A DNA stretch of 64,000 nt from Candidatus Latescibacterota bacterium (GCA_965219995.1 CBDCOX010000002.1:256001-320000); one strand, 5' to 3'; shown: positions 27,507 through 37,462, counted from the stretch's first letter. The notes: generated by a model from the letters alone, not told the origin. Translations and numbers: made by a program.

Positions 27507-29477
27507 TTACCCCCGGGCAGGCTTGTCCGGATTCCTGCCGAACAGGAGCAGGATCGCCGGAATCGCGCAAGAGCCGATGACAAGCCCGATCCATCCCGGG
27601 TAGAAAAAGGCGGTGCCGACGTACCCCGCGAGTGCGGCGACGGACATCGTGGTCAGTGCGTAGGGAAGTTGCGTTCTCACGTGGTCCAGGTGGTCGCACG
27701 AAGTGGCGATGCTCGACATGACGGTCGTGTCGCTGATGGGTGAGCAGTGATCCCCGAAGATGGCGCCGTCCAGTACGGCGGCGGCCGCGAGAATCGTGAG
27801 CGGGAGTCCGCCCAGGCTGTGCGCGAGTGGAACCGCGGTGGGGATCAGGATTGCCATGGTTGCCCACGATGTGCCGATGGCGAACGCGATCGCAGCCGCC
27901 AGAAGGAAAATCAGCAGGGGCAGCAGGCCGGGGACCATAAGGGGCGATAGCGCCGCCGTGAGATACACGGACGTGCCAATGTCCTTGCATATAGCCTGAA
28001 TTGCCCAGGCCATGATGAGGATGGCGATCGCATGTTGGATTCCCATGATTCCCATGGCCCACGTCTTCATTGCGGTAAGTGGTGAGATCAGGGCGGTCCT
28101 GCCGTTGGTCCGGCGCCGCATGACCGCGATGAGCAGCGCAACGACGGAACCGAGGATGGCGGACAGGAACAGCACCCGCGGGTTGTCCGCGTTGGAGAAA
28201 CATTCGGTCCAATAGGAGAAACTGACGAGGGAATACTGGAGTCGGACCGGCCGGACGCCGGCGTGGTTCCAGGTATCGACGGCCATACCGAAGACGACGG
28301 CGAACACAACGACCAGAACGGGCACGGCGGCGGCCCACCAGGCGGGTTGAACGCCGCCCGCCGCTTTCACGTCCGCGCCTCGGCGTCCCGTCAGGGGAGC
28401 AGCGCCGGGCCGAAGCACCCGGCCGGTCGACCGTGCGCGGCGTTCGGCCCTGTACATGGTCCCGTAGTCCCGTTGGAACCACGACGACGTGGCGACGAAC
28501 AAGAGCGTAAACAGGCAGTAGAATCGGACGGGAAGCGCATTGAAGAAGAGCTGATATCCGGAGACGCCGGTCCCGAGATCTCGCATGAGGTCTCCGAACA
28601 GTCCGACTTCGAAGCCAATCCAGGTGCTGATCACCGCCACGCCCGCGACCGGTGCCGCGGTGGAATCTACGATGTACGCAAGCTTTTCACGGGAGATGCG
28701 GAACCGGTCCGTCGTGGGCCGCAGCGTCGTGCCGACCACGATCGTGTTGGCATAGTCATCGAAGAAAATCGCCAGGCCCATGAGAAACGCGGCAAACCGC
28801 GTGGACCTGGCGCTCTCGGCTCGGGCGGCCAGGACCGCGGCGATGCCGGCGTTTCCCCCGGCGAGCGTGGTTACGCGTACCATGCCGATCAGCGCCGCCG
28901 TAAAGCCGAGAATGTATAGCTGGAAGGACGATCTCAGCGGTGTCCAGACGTAATCTACGGCCGCTCTTTCCAGGGCGGCGAACGGGAGTTCGTACAGGGG
29001 TGCGTCGCCCACGCCAAGCATGCCGCCGGCGAGAACGGCAAGCGCGAGCCCAAGGAGCACGCGACCGCTGATCACCGCGACAAAAATAGCAGCGAAGGGT
29101 GGAAACAGACTCCAGCCGTCGACGGGATTCAGGCGGACCTGCCGTTGGATTGCGGCGGTTGCGACGACCAGGATCAGACCGTCGCGTTCTTCCCGGCACG
29201 TCACTGTGATTGGGAGTGAATCGGTCTCGGGGGCTGTTCTCCGCCGGTCCGCCCGGTCGAAAGCGGAGCGGCAGCGGGCGTCCTGATTTTCCGCAAGGCG
29301 CCACGGGCCGTCGCCCACGGCTTTTGCCAGTTCAGGCAATTCAGTCGCGATTTGCTGATGAATGACGCGGTCACGGTTTTTCGGCAGCACAGCTGCGATA
29401 ACGGCCGCAAGCGTCAGTGCTGCAAGAATTCGCGCCACCAGATAGACCTTTTTTCCTGTTGCCTTTTTCGGATTCAT
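27507..29477 (-). CDS. Na+/H+ antiporter NhaC family protein
   Basis: IFFDDYAN, SREKLAYIVDSTAAP, GTSWATM, GAIFGDHCSPISDTT, HVRTQLPYA. Confidence 0.92.
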   Translation of the reverse strand: MNPKKATGKKVYLVARILAALTLAAVIAAVLPKNRDRVIHQQIATELPELAKAVGDGPWRLAENQDARCRSAFDRADRRRTAPETDSLPITVTCREERDGLILVVATAAIQRQVRLNPVDGWSLFPPFAAIFVAVISGRVLLGLALAVLAGGMLGVGDAPLYELPFAALERAAVDYVWTPLRSSFQLYILGFTAALIGMVRVTTLAGGNAGIAAVLAARAESARSTRFAAFLMGLAIFFDDYANTIVVGTTLRPTTDRFRISREKLAYIVDSTAAPVAGVAVISTWIGFEVGLFGDLMRDLGTGVSGYQLFFNALPVRFYCLFTLLFVATSSWFQRDYGTMYRAERRARSTGRVLRPGAAPLTGRRGADVKAAGGVQPAWWAAAVPVLVVVFAVVFGMAVDTWNHAGVRPVRLQYSLVSFSYWTECFSNADNPRVLFLSAILGSVVALLIAVMRRRTNGRTALISPLTAMKTWAMGIMGIQHAIAILIMAWAIQAICKDIGTSVYLTAALSPLMVPGLLPLLIFLLAAAIAFAIGTSWATMAILIPTAVPLAHSLGGLPLTILAAAAVLDGAIFGDHCSPISDTTVMSSIATSCDHLDHVRTQLPYALTTMSVAALAGYVGTAFFYPGWIGLVIGSCAIPAILLLFGRNPDKPARG

Positions 29478-29653
29478 CAGTCGCTTCTCGTTTCTGAGGG
29501 TTCCTGAAAAGAGATTGCGGCGGAGATTCCGCCCAGGGGATGCACTCATTGGAAAAAGACGTTTCCAATCGGACGATAGAGTCCTATCTTTAAGGATATC
29601 CGCGCCGACGCCCGGGGTTGGCCGGCGGCGGATACGGCGAGCCGACGCCAATC

Positions 29654-30469
29654 ATGCGATCGCGGAAGGGCGCCCTGGTGCATTGGATTCAAGTACGAAC
29701 CAACGAAATCCTGGATAAGGCGCAGGCGGGCGACCGGACGAGCCGACTGATCGACCTGTTCATCATGGGGCTGATCGTCCTGAACGTCGTGGCGGTCATC
29801 CTGGAGACGGTCGAGGCCGTTCACGTGTCGTACCGATTGCTGTTCGAGGTGTTTGACGCCTTCTCGGTGGGTGTCTTTACCGTAGAGTACCTGATGCGGA
29901 TGTGGTCGTGTACCGCCGATCAAAGGTACACGCGCCCCATTCGGGGTCGATTACGATATTTCTTTACGCCGCTGGCGATGGTGGACCTGATCGCGATCCT
30001 GCCGTTCTATCTTCCCCTGGTGACAACCGTCGACCTGCGGGTGTTGCGCGCCATGCGGCTGTTGCGGTTGTTCAAGCTCGGACGGTATTCCACCTCTCTT
30101 CAGACCCTCGGCAATGTGTTACGGAAGCACAGGGGCGAACTGCTGGTCACCCTGTTCGTGCTGCTGATCATGCTGGTGATCGCGTCGACGCTGATGTACT
30201 TTGCGGAACACAACGCCCAGCCTCACGCTTTTTCCAGCATTCCGTCGGCCATGTGGTGGGGCATCGTGACGCTTACGACGGTGGGATACGGAGATACGTA
30301 CCCCGTGACCGGCTTGGGAAAGATACTCGGTGCGGTGATCGCGTTGCTGGGTATCGGGATGTTCGCGCTCCCCGCGGGTATCCTGGGATCGGGTTTCGCC
30401 GAAGAGATCGACCGCCGGAAGAAAGAGGGCGGCATCTGTCCGCACTGCGGGCGTGAAATGGAGAAGTGA
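29654..30469 (+). CDS. Voltage-gated-type K+ channel (ion transporter)
   Basis: S4-like LRVLRAMRLLRLFKLGR; selectivity filter TTVGYGD; C-terminal CPHCG. Confidence 0.93.
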   Translation: MRSRKGALVHWIQVRTNEILDKAQAGDRTSRLIDLFIMGLIVLNVVAVILETVEAVHVSYRLLFEVFDAFSVGVFTVEYLMRMWSCTADQRYTRPIRGRLRYFFTPLAMVDLIAILPFYLPLVTTVDLRVLRAMRLLRLFKLGRYSTSLQTLGNVLRKHRGELLVTLFVLLIMLVIASTLMYFAEHNAQPHAFSSIPSAMWWGIVTLTTVGYGDTYPVTGLGKILGAVIALLGIGMFALPAGILGSGFAEEIDRRKKEGGICPHCGREMEK

Positions 30470-30511
30470 TCCGGCGTTTTGTCCGGACGAACTAGCAAAG
30501 GAGCGACAAGG

Positions 30512-31309
30512 ATGGAGTTGACGGTTGGATGTACGACGCGGCCTTACGGCCAACTTGGTTACAGCGAAGCGTACAGTCGGATTGCCGAGGCCGGTTACTC
30601 GGACGTGGCGGTATTTGCCAATGACGGGCAGGTGCCGGTCGGTTCGGACAGCTCGCCCGCAGCGGTCGCGGACGTGCGGAAAGCCGCGGAAGACGCCGGC
30701 GTCGTTCCATCGATGCTCATCGGCGGCACACGGCTTGGCGACGGCCTGGATGCCGCGGTGGACGACTACAAGCGACTGATCGACAATGCGGCCGCGCTGG
30801 GCGCCACCTGGCTGCTGGATTGCGGTACCAGCAACGATGCCCACTTCGACGACTATTTCGAGCTGATGCGGCAGGCCGCGCCGCATGCGGACGAGGTCGG
30901 CGTGCAGATCACCATGAAACCCCACGGCGGTATCAGCCTTACGGTGTCTCACCTCCTCGCGGCCCGCGACAACGTGGATCACGCGGCGTTCGGCATCTGT
31001 TTCGATCCGGGTAACATCATCTACTATACAAAGGGTGATCTGCGGCCCGAGACGGATGTCGCGGAAGTGGCGCCGGTGGTGACGACGGGGATCATCAAGG
31101 ACTGCTCGGTGGTCGACGGTGTGCCGGACGTAATGGTAACGCCCGGCGACGGGCTCGTGGATTTCCATTCGGTGTTGTCCGGTCTGGTCGGCGGCGGATT
31201 CCACGGGCCGCTCTACGTTGAATGCGTGGGCGGCAAGGAGCCCAAAGAGGTGGACCGGGACGTGGCGTTTGCACGGGGCTACGTCGAGGGGATTCTATCG
31301 GGACTGTAG
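30512..31309 (+). CDS. Sugar phosphate isomerase/epimerase (xylose isomerase-like TIM barrel)
   Basis: KPHGG, FDPGN, IKD, PGDGLVDF, GFHGPLYVE. Confidence 0.85.
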   Translation: MELTVGCTTRPYGQLGYSEAYSRIAEAGYSDVAVFANDGQVPVGSDSSPAAVADVRKAAEDAGVVPSMLIGGTRLGDGLDAAVDDYKRLIDNAAALGATWLLDCGTSNDAHFDDYFELMRQAAPHADEVGVQITMKPHGGISLTVSHLLAARDNVDHAAFGICFDPGNIIYYTKGDLRPETDVAEVAPVVTTGIIKDCSVVDGVPDVMVTPGDGLVDFHSVLSGLVGGGFHGPLYVECVGGKEPKEVDRDVAFARGYVEGILSGL

Positions 31310-31325
31310 TGCAGCCACTGGGAGT

Positions 31326-31709
31326 TCAGGTCAGAACCGCGGTGACTTCGATTTCAACGTGGGCTCCGGCGGGGAGGGCAACCACCTGAACGCAGCTCCG
31401 CCCCGGCGGGTCGTTTGGAAAATAGCTTGCATAGACGTCGTTCATTTCGGCAAATTCCGATATATCCGTCATATAGACAACCGTCCGAACCACGTGTTCC
31501 ATCGTCGCGCCGGCTGCGTCCAGGATCGCCACGATGTTGTCGAGCGTCTGCCGGGTCTCCTCGGCAATGCCGCCGCCGACGATTTTGCCGGTTGCGGGAT
31601 CGATTCCCTTTTCGCCGGCGACAAAGACCAATTCGCCGGTTCTGATAGCCTGCGAATAGGGACCCACGGGAAGCGCTGCCTTGTCGGTGGTAATCACTTC
31701 TTTCTGCAT
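31326..31709 (-). CDS. ridA: RidA/YjgF family enamine/imine deaminase
   Basis: GPYSQAI, FAEMNDVYASYF, PGRSCVQVVALP, VEIEV. Confidence 0.9.
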   Translation of the reverse strand: MQKEVITTDKAALPVGPYSQAIRTGELVFVAGEKGIDPATGKIVGGGIAEETRQTLDNIVAILDAAGATMEHVVRTVVYMTDISEFAEMNDVYASYFPNDPPGRSCVQVVALPAGAHVEIEVTAVLT

Positions 31710-31889
31710 GACGCGATATCTCCATACTGTTATACGGGATGTACAGTGTGAGCGGTGTGAAGGCCGGAGATCCTTTTACCTTCGGGGTTGTTCTTGATAA
31801 CGTCAAGAGCCGGGATTGTCAAGGAGAATCCCCCACTCGGGCGGCGGAGACATTCGCCGCACCGGTGAACGGAACGAGGGAATGCGTGT

Positions 31890-32315
31890 ATGGGTGTCGA
31901 ATCTCGCAACGTCAGACGACTGGAGTTGCCGAGCTGCGTTGAGTCGCTTCACGTGGTGGTCGACGCCGCGGCACAGGTCACGGCCGATCTGGCGATGAGC
32001 GAGGATGCCCGCGATGAGGTGGCCATCGCGCTCACGGAAGCCGTCAACAACGCCATTTTCCATGGAAACGAAGGTGTGCGCGAAAAGCCGTTCACGGTGG
32101 AATTTGCCGTGGCGGACGGGATGTTGCACATCGCCGTCCGGGACCAGGGGTCCGGGTTCGACCCGGCCGCGGTACCGGATCCTCTGGCAGAGGAAAACCT
32201 GTTGAATCCGTCCGGACGCGGCCTGCTGATGATGCGTGCCATGGTGGACGACGTTCAGCACAAATTCTGCGCGGCCGGGACGAGAGTCATCCTCTGTAAA
32301 CGCATCGCATCCTGA
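31890..32315 (+). CDS. RsbW-like anti-sigma factor / Ser kinase (HATPase_c)
   Basis: EAVNNAIFHGN, DQGSGFD, PDPLAEENLL.PSGRGL. Confidence 0.88.
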   Translation: MGVESRNVRRLELPSCVESLHVVVDAAAQVTADLAMSEDARDEVAIALTEAVNNAIFHGNEGVREKPFTVEFAVADGMLHIAVRDQGSGFDPAAVPDPLAEENLLNPSGRGLLMMRAMVDDVQHKFCAAGTRVILCKRIAS

Positions 32316-32332
32316 ACGCCGGAGGTCGCGTC

Positions 32333-33406
32333 ATGCGTATCGAACGCATTGAGACGATTTCGCTCTCCTGTTTCTGGGGGCCGTCCGATCGGGGAATCAA
32401 GCGGACCTGGCCCCTTCATTTTGTCCGGTCGGATAACGGGCTCGTCGGCATCGGAAGAGGTGGAAACGCGGAATTGATCGAACGTGAATTCGCGCCGCTG
32501 CTCGTTGGCGAAGACCCGCGCCGCCCGGCACGGCTTTGGCAGCGGATGTACGATCGAGCGTGGCGCTTTCGCGGGCCCGGGCGGGCCGCGATGGGTACGA
32601 TCGGCGCGCTGGACGTGGCGTTGTGGGACCTGTACGGCAAGGCATGCGGCGAACCGGTCTGGCGGCTGCTGGGCGGGTTCCGGAACCGGGTGACCGCGTA
32701 CGCGGACGGGATCGGCTACGAACATCAGAATGCGGAGGAGGTCGCCGCCCTGGTTAGAAAGCATGCGGATCTCGGGTTCAGGGCCGTGAAGTTCCATCTG
32801 TCGGATGACGACCGCGAACTCGCGTTCGATAAGGTCCGCCTGTCGCGCGAGGCCCTGGGCGACGGTCCGAGACTGATGATCGATATCCACAGGATGTGGG
32901 AGGGGAAAACGGCCGCGGACATGGCGCGGCGGTTCGAGCCCTACAACCTGTATTGGATCGAGGAACCCGTACGGGGCGACGACGAAGCGGCGCACATGCG
33001 GATGGTCCGCGAGGCGACGAGCGCGCTGGTCGCCGGCGGCGAGAGCGAAGGAACGCTCTATGGGACCCGGCACCTGATCGAAGCGGGCGGGCTGCAGGTG
33101 GTGCAGTCGGATATCATCGGCGGAGGCGGGTTCACGGGACTGATGCGGATGGCGGCGCTGGCCGAGGCGCACCACGTGTACGTGGCGCCGCACGGGGCCT
33201 CGTTTCCGGAAATCAACTGCCACCTGATCGCCGCCGTGCCCAACGGGCTGATGGTCTCCGCCTGCCCGCCCACCGAGCCGTACCAGATCTGGTCGCAGCT
33301 CTACGATCCTCCCTTCCGCATCATCGATGGGGAGATCCACATGGGAGACGAACCCGGCCTCGGTCTCACCGTCAACGAGGATTTCGTGGAAGCACATCGG
33401 TTGTGA
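32333..33406 (+). CDS. Mandelate racemase/muconate lactonizing enzyme family
   Basis: DVALWDLYGK, LMID, WIEEP, AGGE, GGFTG, APHG. Confidence 0.92.
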   Translation: MRIERIETISLSCFWGPSDRGIKRTWPLHFVRSDNGLVGIGRGGNAELIEREFAPLLVGEDPRRPARLWQRMYDRAWRFRGPGRAAMGTIGALDVALWDLYGKACGEPVWRLLGGFRNRVTAYADGIGYEHQNAEEVAALVRKHADLGFRAVKFHLSDDDRELAFDKVRLSREALGDGPRLMIDIHRMWEGKTAADMARRFEPYNLYWIEEPVRGDDEAAHMRMVREATSALVAGGESEGTLYGTRHLIEAGGLQVVQSDIIGGGGFTGLMRMAALAEAHHVYVAPHGASFPEINCHLIAAVPNGLMVSACPPTEPYQIWSQLYDPPFRIIDGEIHMGDEPGLGLTVNEDFVEAHRL

Positions 33407-33510
33407 GGGATGAGTTCCCGCGTGCGGTCAAGAAAACACAGAACAAGCTTCGGTTCGTGCAGTGCGGTCCGAGCATGGCGATCGCCACGATTATAAACAA
33501 CGGAAACGTC

Positions 33511-33732
33511 ATGAACCGGTACTTGATCGTCATCGAAGTGACGGAAACCGGGTTTTCGGCGTATTCTCCCGATCTACACGGGTGCGTGTCCACCGGCGCC
33601 ACGCGGCAGGAAGTGGAAGCGAACATGAAAGAGGCGATCGAATTCCACCTCGATGGAATGAAACAGGAACGCTATCCGATTCCGGAACCAACGGCGGATT
33701 CGATGTTCGTCGAGATTGCATCGAAGGTTTAG
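33511..33732 (+). CDS. hicB: HicB-family antitoxin (no adjacent hicA)
   Basis: YLIVIE..ETGFSAYSPDL.GCVSTGAT.QEVEANMKEAIEFHLDG. Confidence 0.85.
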   Translation: MNRYLIVIEVTETGFSAYSPDLHGCVSTGATRQEVEANMKEAIEFHLDGMKQERYPIPEPTADSMFVEIASKV

Positions 33733-33777
33733 ATCGTACAGTACGTAACTTTCGTTCATTGCGATACGGCGTTTAAA

Positions 33778-33996
33778 ATGACTAAAATAACTGAAATAAA
33801 GGAAGCGATTATGGCGCTTCCGGAATCTGATTATGTTGAATTAAGACAGTGGTTTAGCGAGTTGGACCGGGAGAAGTGGGACCGGCAGATTGAAGCCGAT
33901 TCAAAGGCCGGCAAACTGGATTTCTTGATCTCGGAGGCGTTCGAGGAAAAAGAAAAGGGTCGGCTGCAAGGCATATTGCGGGCAGGCAACACTTGA
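33778..33996 (+). CDS. Small antitoxin-like hypothetical protein
   Basis: EIKEAI..LP....ELRQWF...D..KWDRQIEADSKAGKLDFL resembles addiction-module partners; no toxin follows. Confidence 0.65.
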   Translation: MTKITEIKEAIMALPESDYVELRQWFSELDREKWDRQIEADSKAGKLDFLISEAFEEKEKGRLQGILRAGNT

Positions 33997-34023
33997 CACG
34001 ATCTACGTAGAACGAAATAAGAG

Positions 34024-34773
34024 ATGAGTCAATTTGACTACAAACCGTACTATCGTCGCAACCTGCCTCATATACAACCGCCCGGTGCAACCTTCTTTGT
34101 CACGTTCCATCTTGCAGGTTCCGTGCCGCGGACGGTATTGCGACAATGGACGAGGGAAAAACACCAAATCGAAAAGGAAAAAAGGCGTCTTGTCAAGTTG
34201 CCGAGTGGCGTTACTTCAGCGGAATGCGTTACACTCGACAAAAAACGTGAAGATCGCGAGTCGGAATGGCAGCGACAGTGGTTCCGGAAATTTGAGACAA
34301 CGCTGGATAGAGCGCAAAGTGGGCCCGTGTGGCTCAAAGATGAGCGAATCGCTAAAGAAGTGGATGAGAGTCTGCGCTACCGAGACGGGAAGGTGTACCG
34401 GTTGGATGCCTACTGTATCATGGCCAATCACGTTCATGTTGTGTTTGCGCCACTTGTGACCCAACCGTCCGTAACGCATTCCGACAGCTTGCGGGACAAT
34501 TCGGCTGAAGCGGGCGACTTGTGCTATAACTCGCTTTCCTCGATTATGCAATCGCTGAAAGGCTATACAGCGTGGAGAGCAAATCGGCTATTAAGGCGGC
34601 AAGGGTCATTCTGGCAGCACGAAAGTTACGATCGATGTATTCGGGATGAAAGTGAATGGGAGCGGATTATAACGTACGTTCTTAACAACCCGGTGAAAGC
34701 GGGTCTCGTGGAAAATTGGGAAGAGTGGCGTTGGAGCTATCGCCGGGCATCGGACCGTAGCGCAAACTGTTAG
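34024..34773 (+). mobile_element. REP-associated tyrosine transposase (RAYT, Y1 HUH)
   Basis: RRNLPH, FFVTF, YCIMANHVH (HUH), IMQSLKGYTA, FWQHESYDRCIR, YVLNNPVKAGL, WRWS. Confidence 0.92.
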
Positions 34774-34849
34774 TTTGCGTGCTGAGGACAAACGTGGATG
34801 GGATCAATCACGTTCTTATTGCCCTGCACAAACTAACAGTTTGTGCTAC
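34757..34849. repeat. REPIN 1 (inverted REP pair)
   Basis: GTAG-CGCAAACT-GTT-AGTTTGCG (34757-34779), 47-bp spacer, inverted CACAAACT-AAC-AGTTTGTG-CTAC (34827-34849). Confidence 0.9.
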
Positions 34850-34950
34850 GACTCACTTGCTTTTTTGACGGTGTAATTGGCTTCCTTATTGTCGCAGAAC
34901 TCGTGCGGAGTGGATCTGTGAATGGCGGTGGCACTTCCGGGCGTCCGATG

Positions 34951-35042
34951 GTAGCGCAAACTGTCAGTTTGCGTGCTGAGGACAAGAGTGGGTGGAATTA
35001 TCACGTTCTTCTTACCCTGCACAAACTAACAGTTTGTGCTAC
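34951..35042. repeat. REPIN 2 (inverted REP pair)
   Basis: GTAG-CGCAAACT-GTC-AGTTTGCG (34951-34973), 46-bp spacer, inverted copy 35020-35042; starts 194 bp after REPIN 1. Confidence 0.9.
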
Positions 35043-35102
35043 GACTCACTTGCTCTTTTTGACGGTGCAATCAGCTACTTTATATTCGCATAACTCGTCC
35101 GG

Positions 35103-35214
35103 GCCGTCTTCGATCACCTTTGCCAGATTGTTGAGGAGGCGATCGCAATATTACCGGAAGGACGGGAAGCCTCTGCCCCCGGCGACGTCGACCGTCGAAT
35201 TGGCAGGCCGTTGA
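35103..35214 (+). pseudogene. 3' remnant of a HicB-like antitoxin gene with a frameshift
   Basis: AVFDHLCQIVEEAIAI, one extra T at about 35151, then YRKDGKPLPPATS; 5' part missing next to REPIN 2. Confidence 0.6.
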
Positions 35215-35300
35215 GACACGAAATTGCGCTCCGCGAAAGAGATATCCCACCAACTTCCGATTGACGTCGACCTGAGAGCGCTTCCACGGAGCCTTCGCGA

Positions 35301-35867
35301 ATGACCAGACCGGGCCAGTTGGAGCGCGCCGAACTGAATGAGGAGCAGGCGCGCATTTACGACGCGATCCTCGAATCCAGGGGCAGCATCTCCGGCCCGT
35401 TCGGCGTGTGGCTGCACAGCCCGGAGTTGGCCGACCGCGCGCAGCGTCTGGGCGAATTCGTGCGGTACCGAACGATCCTGGCGCCGAGGCTGAGTGAACT
35501 GGCCATCCTCGTGACCGCGCGGTTCTGGGACTGCCAGGTGGAGTGGTCCCTGCACGAACCCTTCGCCGTCGAAAGCGGGCTGGGTGATGACATCATTGAC
35601 GCGATCCGGCACGGACGGGCGCCCGATTTCGGCCGGGAAGACGAGCGCGTGGTTTTCGACTACGTCAGCGAACTGATCGGGAAGCACGTTGTTCCGGATG
35701 GCGTATTCAATGCCGCGATGGAAGCGTTCGGCAAGACCGGTGTTGTGGAGCTGACGGGGATTGTAGGCTATTACAGTCTGGTGGCGCAGACCCTCAATGC
35801 GTTTCAGGTCCCCGTTCCCGAAGGCTGCGCGCCGACGCTCGTCGAATGTCCCACGTTTGGACCTTAG
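35301..35867 (+). CDS. Carboxymuconolactone decarboxylase (AhpD-like) family protein
   Basis: GPFGVWLHSPELA, RLSELAILVTAR, EWSLH, VVELTGIVGYY. Confidence 0.9.
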   Translation: MTRPGQLERAELNEEQARIYDAILESRGSISGPFGVWLHSPELADRAQRLGEFVRYRTILAPRLSELAILVTARFWDCQVEWSLHEPFAVESGLGDDIIDAIRHGRAPDFGREDERVVFDYVSELIGKHVVPDGVFNAAMEAFGKTGVVELTGIVGYYSLVAQTLNAFQVPVPEGCAPTLVECPTFGP

Positions 35868-35968
35868 ATGCTTACAGTGAAACTTCTACGCATAGTACGT
35901 TCATGTTTTTTTATTCTTCCAGCAAACGAATGGCGTTGGAATCCCCCCACAGCATCAGCCATCGCCGG

Positions 35969-36197
35969 CCCTTCGACAAGCTCAGGGATCGGCTCGGCTT
36001 CTGCGACTCCCCCTCAAGGGGGGAGTAATGAGACCGTTTATCGGGCGGGCGCGTTCACTTCCGCCTATTGTGTTGGGATTGGGCGGAGCGAGGTCGGGTT
36101 AGGGTCCTGCGGTGGAAGGACTCATCGCCATTGATCTGTATCGGGAGCCTTTTCCCTGCGGTTTGCTTTTTATCCTGTCCATCCTGTCTATCCATGT
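35969..36197. repeat. Cluster of short palindromic/iterated intergenic motifs
   Basis: CCCTTCGACAAGCTCAGGG (35969), hairpin ACTCCCCC-TCAAG-GGGGGAGT (36006), ATCCTGTC x2 plus ATCCATGT at 9-bp period (36172-36197). Confidence 0.5.
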
Positions 36198-36247
36198 GTG
36201 TTTTTTTTCTCGATAAATAAGGCTTGTTGGAGATTCACATCTTCCGA

Positions 36248-37462
36248 ATGGATTCAATCCGGAATATCAAGAACCCGAATCTCCGCCCTCGTCTGCGCGC
36301 CGCGGGGCTGGTGTTGCCGCTGATGGCTTTTGTCGGTTTCACCTTTGTCGCGCCGCTGGCGACGATGCTCGTGCGGAGCGTGTACGATCCCGTGGTCGCC
36401 GATGCCCTGCCGCAGACGCTTGCCATGTTGAACGAATGGGACGGCAAGGGCGCCCCCGCGGAGGCGGTCTATGAGTCGGCAGCGCGTGAACTGGTCAACG
36501 CGCGCGGAGATCGGACCCTCGGTAAGATCGCCAGCCGCGTCAACCGGGTCCGGAGCGGGCTGCGAAGCGTGTTGACGAAGAGCGCGCGGCGGCTCCGGCG
36601 CGTGGATAGCGGCCCGTGGCGCGACGCCATGATCGGCATCGACGCCGCCTGGGCCGACGCCCGGACCTGGCATGCGATCCGAAGCGCCGGAGAGCGATAC
36701 ACCACGCGTCACTATCTGAACGCCCTCGACCTTCAAAGCCTGCCCGACGGCTCCGTCGGACGGCAGCCGGAGGAACGCCGCATCTATCTCCCGCTGCTGT
36801 GGCGGACCTTCTGGGTGAGCCTGAGCATCACGGCGTTGTGCCTGCTGCTCGGCTACCCGATCGCTCATCTGATCGCCCACGCGCCCACGCGCATTGGCAA
36901 CCTGCTTCTGATTCTTGTGCTGGTCCCGTTCTGGACGTCGCTGCTCGTGCGGACCACGTCCTGGATCGTGCTGTTGCAGACGCAGGGTGTACTCAACGAC
37001 CTGCTCGTGACTCTGGGTCTGATCGGCGACGACGGCCGGCTGGCCATGATCTACAACATGACCGGCACGCTGGTGGCGATGACGCACGTGCTGCTTCCCT
37101 TTATGACTCTCCCGCTCTATTCGATCATGCGCGCGATCCCGCCCATCCAGATGAGCGCCGCGGCTTCCCTCGGCGCAAACCCCTCCCAGGCATTCTGGCG
37201 CGTGTACTGGCCGCAGACCCTGCCCGGCGTGAGCGCGGGATCGCTTCTGGTGTTCATTCTTGCCATCGGGTACTATATCACCCCCGCGCTCGTGGGCGGG
37301 AGCAGCGGACAGCTCATCTCCAACATGATCGCGTTCCACATGCAGACCTCGCTCAACTGGGGTCTTGCCGCGGCGCTCGGAGGCATCCTTCTGGCCTGTG
37401 TGGGAGCGCTGTACCTGCTCTACGACCGGATGGTGGGAATCGAGCGGATGAGGTTGGGCTGA
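36248..37462 (+). CDS. ABC permease, PotB-like (polyamine family)
   Basis: LLGYPIA, PFWTSLLVRT, AASLGA (EAA loop), YYITPALVGG. Confidence 0.92.
   Translation: MDSIRNIKNPNLRPRLRAAGLVLPLMAFVGFTFVAPLATMLVRSVYDPVVADALPQTLAMLNEWDGKGAPAEAVYESAARELVNARGDRTLGKIASRVNRVRSGLRSVLTKSARRLRRVDSGPWRDAMIGIDAAWADARTWHAIRSAGERYTTRHYLNALDLQSLPDGSVGRQPEERRIYLPLLWRTFWVSLSITALCLLLGYPIAHLIAHAPTRIGNLLLILVLVPFWTSLLVRTTSWIVLLQTQGVLNDLLVTLGLIGDDGRLAMIYNMTGTLVAMTHVLLPFMTLPLYSIMRAIPPIQMSAAASLGANPSQAFWRVYWPQTLPGVSAGSLLVFILAIGYYITPALVGGSSGQLISNMIAFHMQTSLNWGLAAALGGILLACVGALYLLYDRMVGIERMRLG

Noticed and set aside
31890-32315. Orphan RsbW as a novel signalling system
   Set aside because: Stand-alone anti-sigma kinases are common and partners are probably encoded elsewhere
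32896-33732. 278-aa ORF as a HicB fusion
   Set aside because: Only the last 73 codons are HicB-like; the rest overlaps the racemase gene out of frame
34757-35070. CRISPR array
   Set aside because: The repeats alternate in orientation, the spacers resemble each other, there are no cas genes, and the layout fits REPINs beside a RAYT
33406-35300. Integron cassette array
   Set aside because: No integrase and no convincing attC (RYYYAAC...GTTRRRY) sites between the small genes by eye
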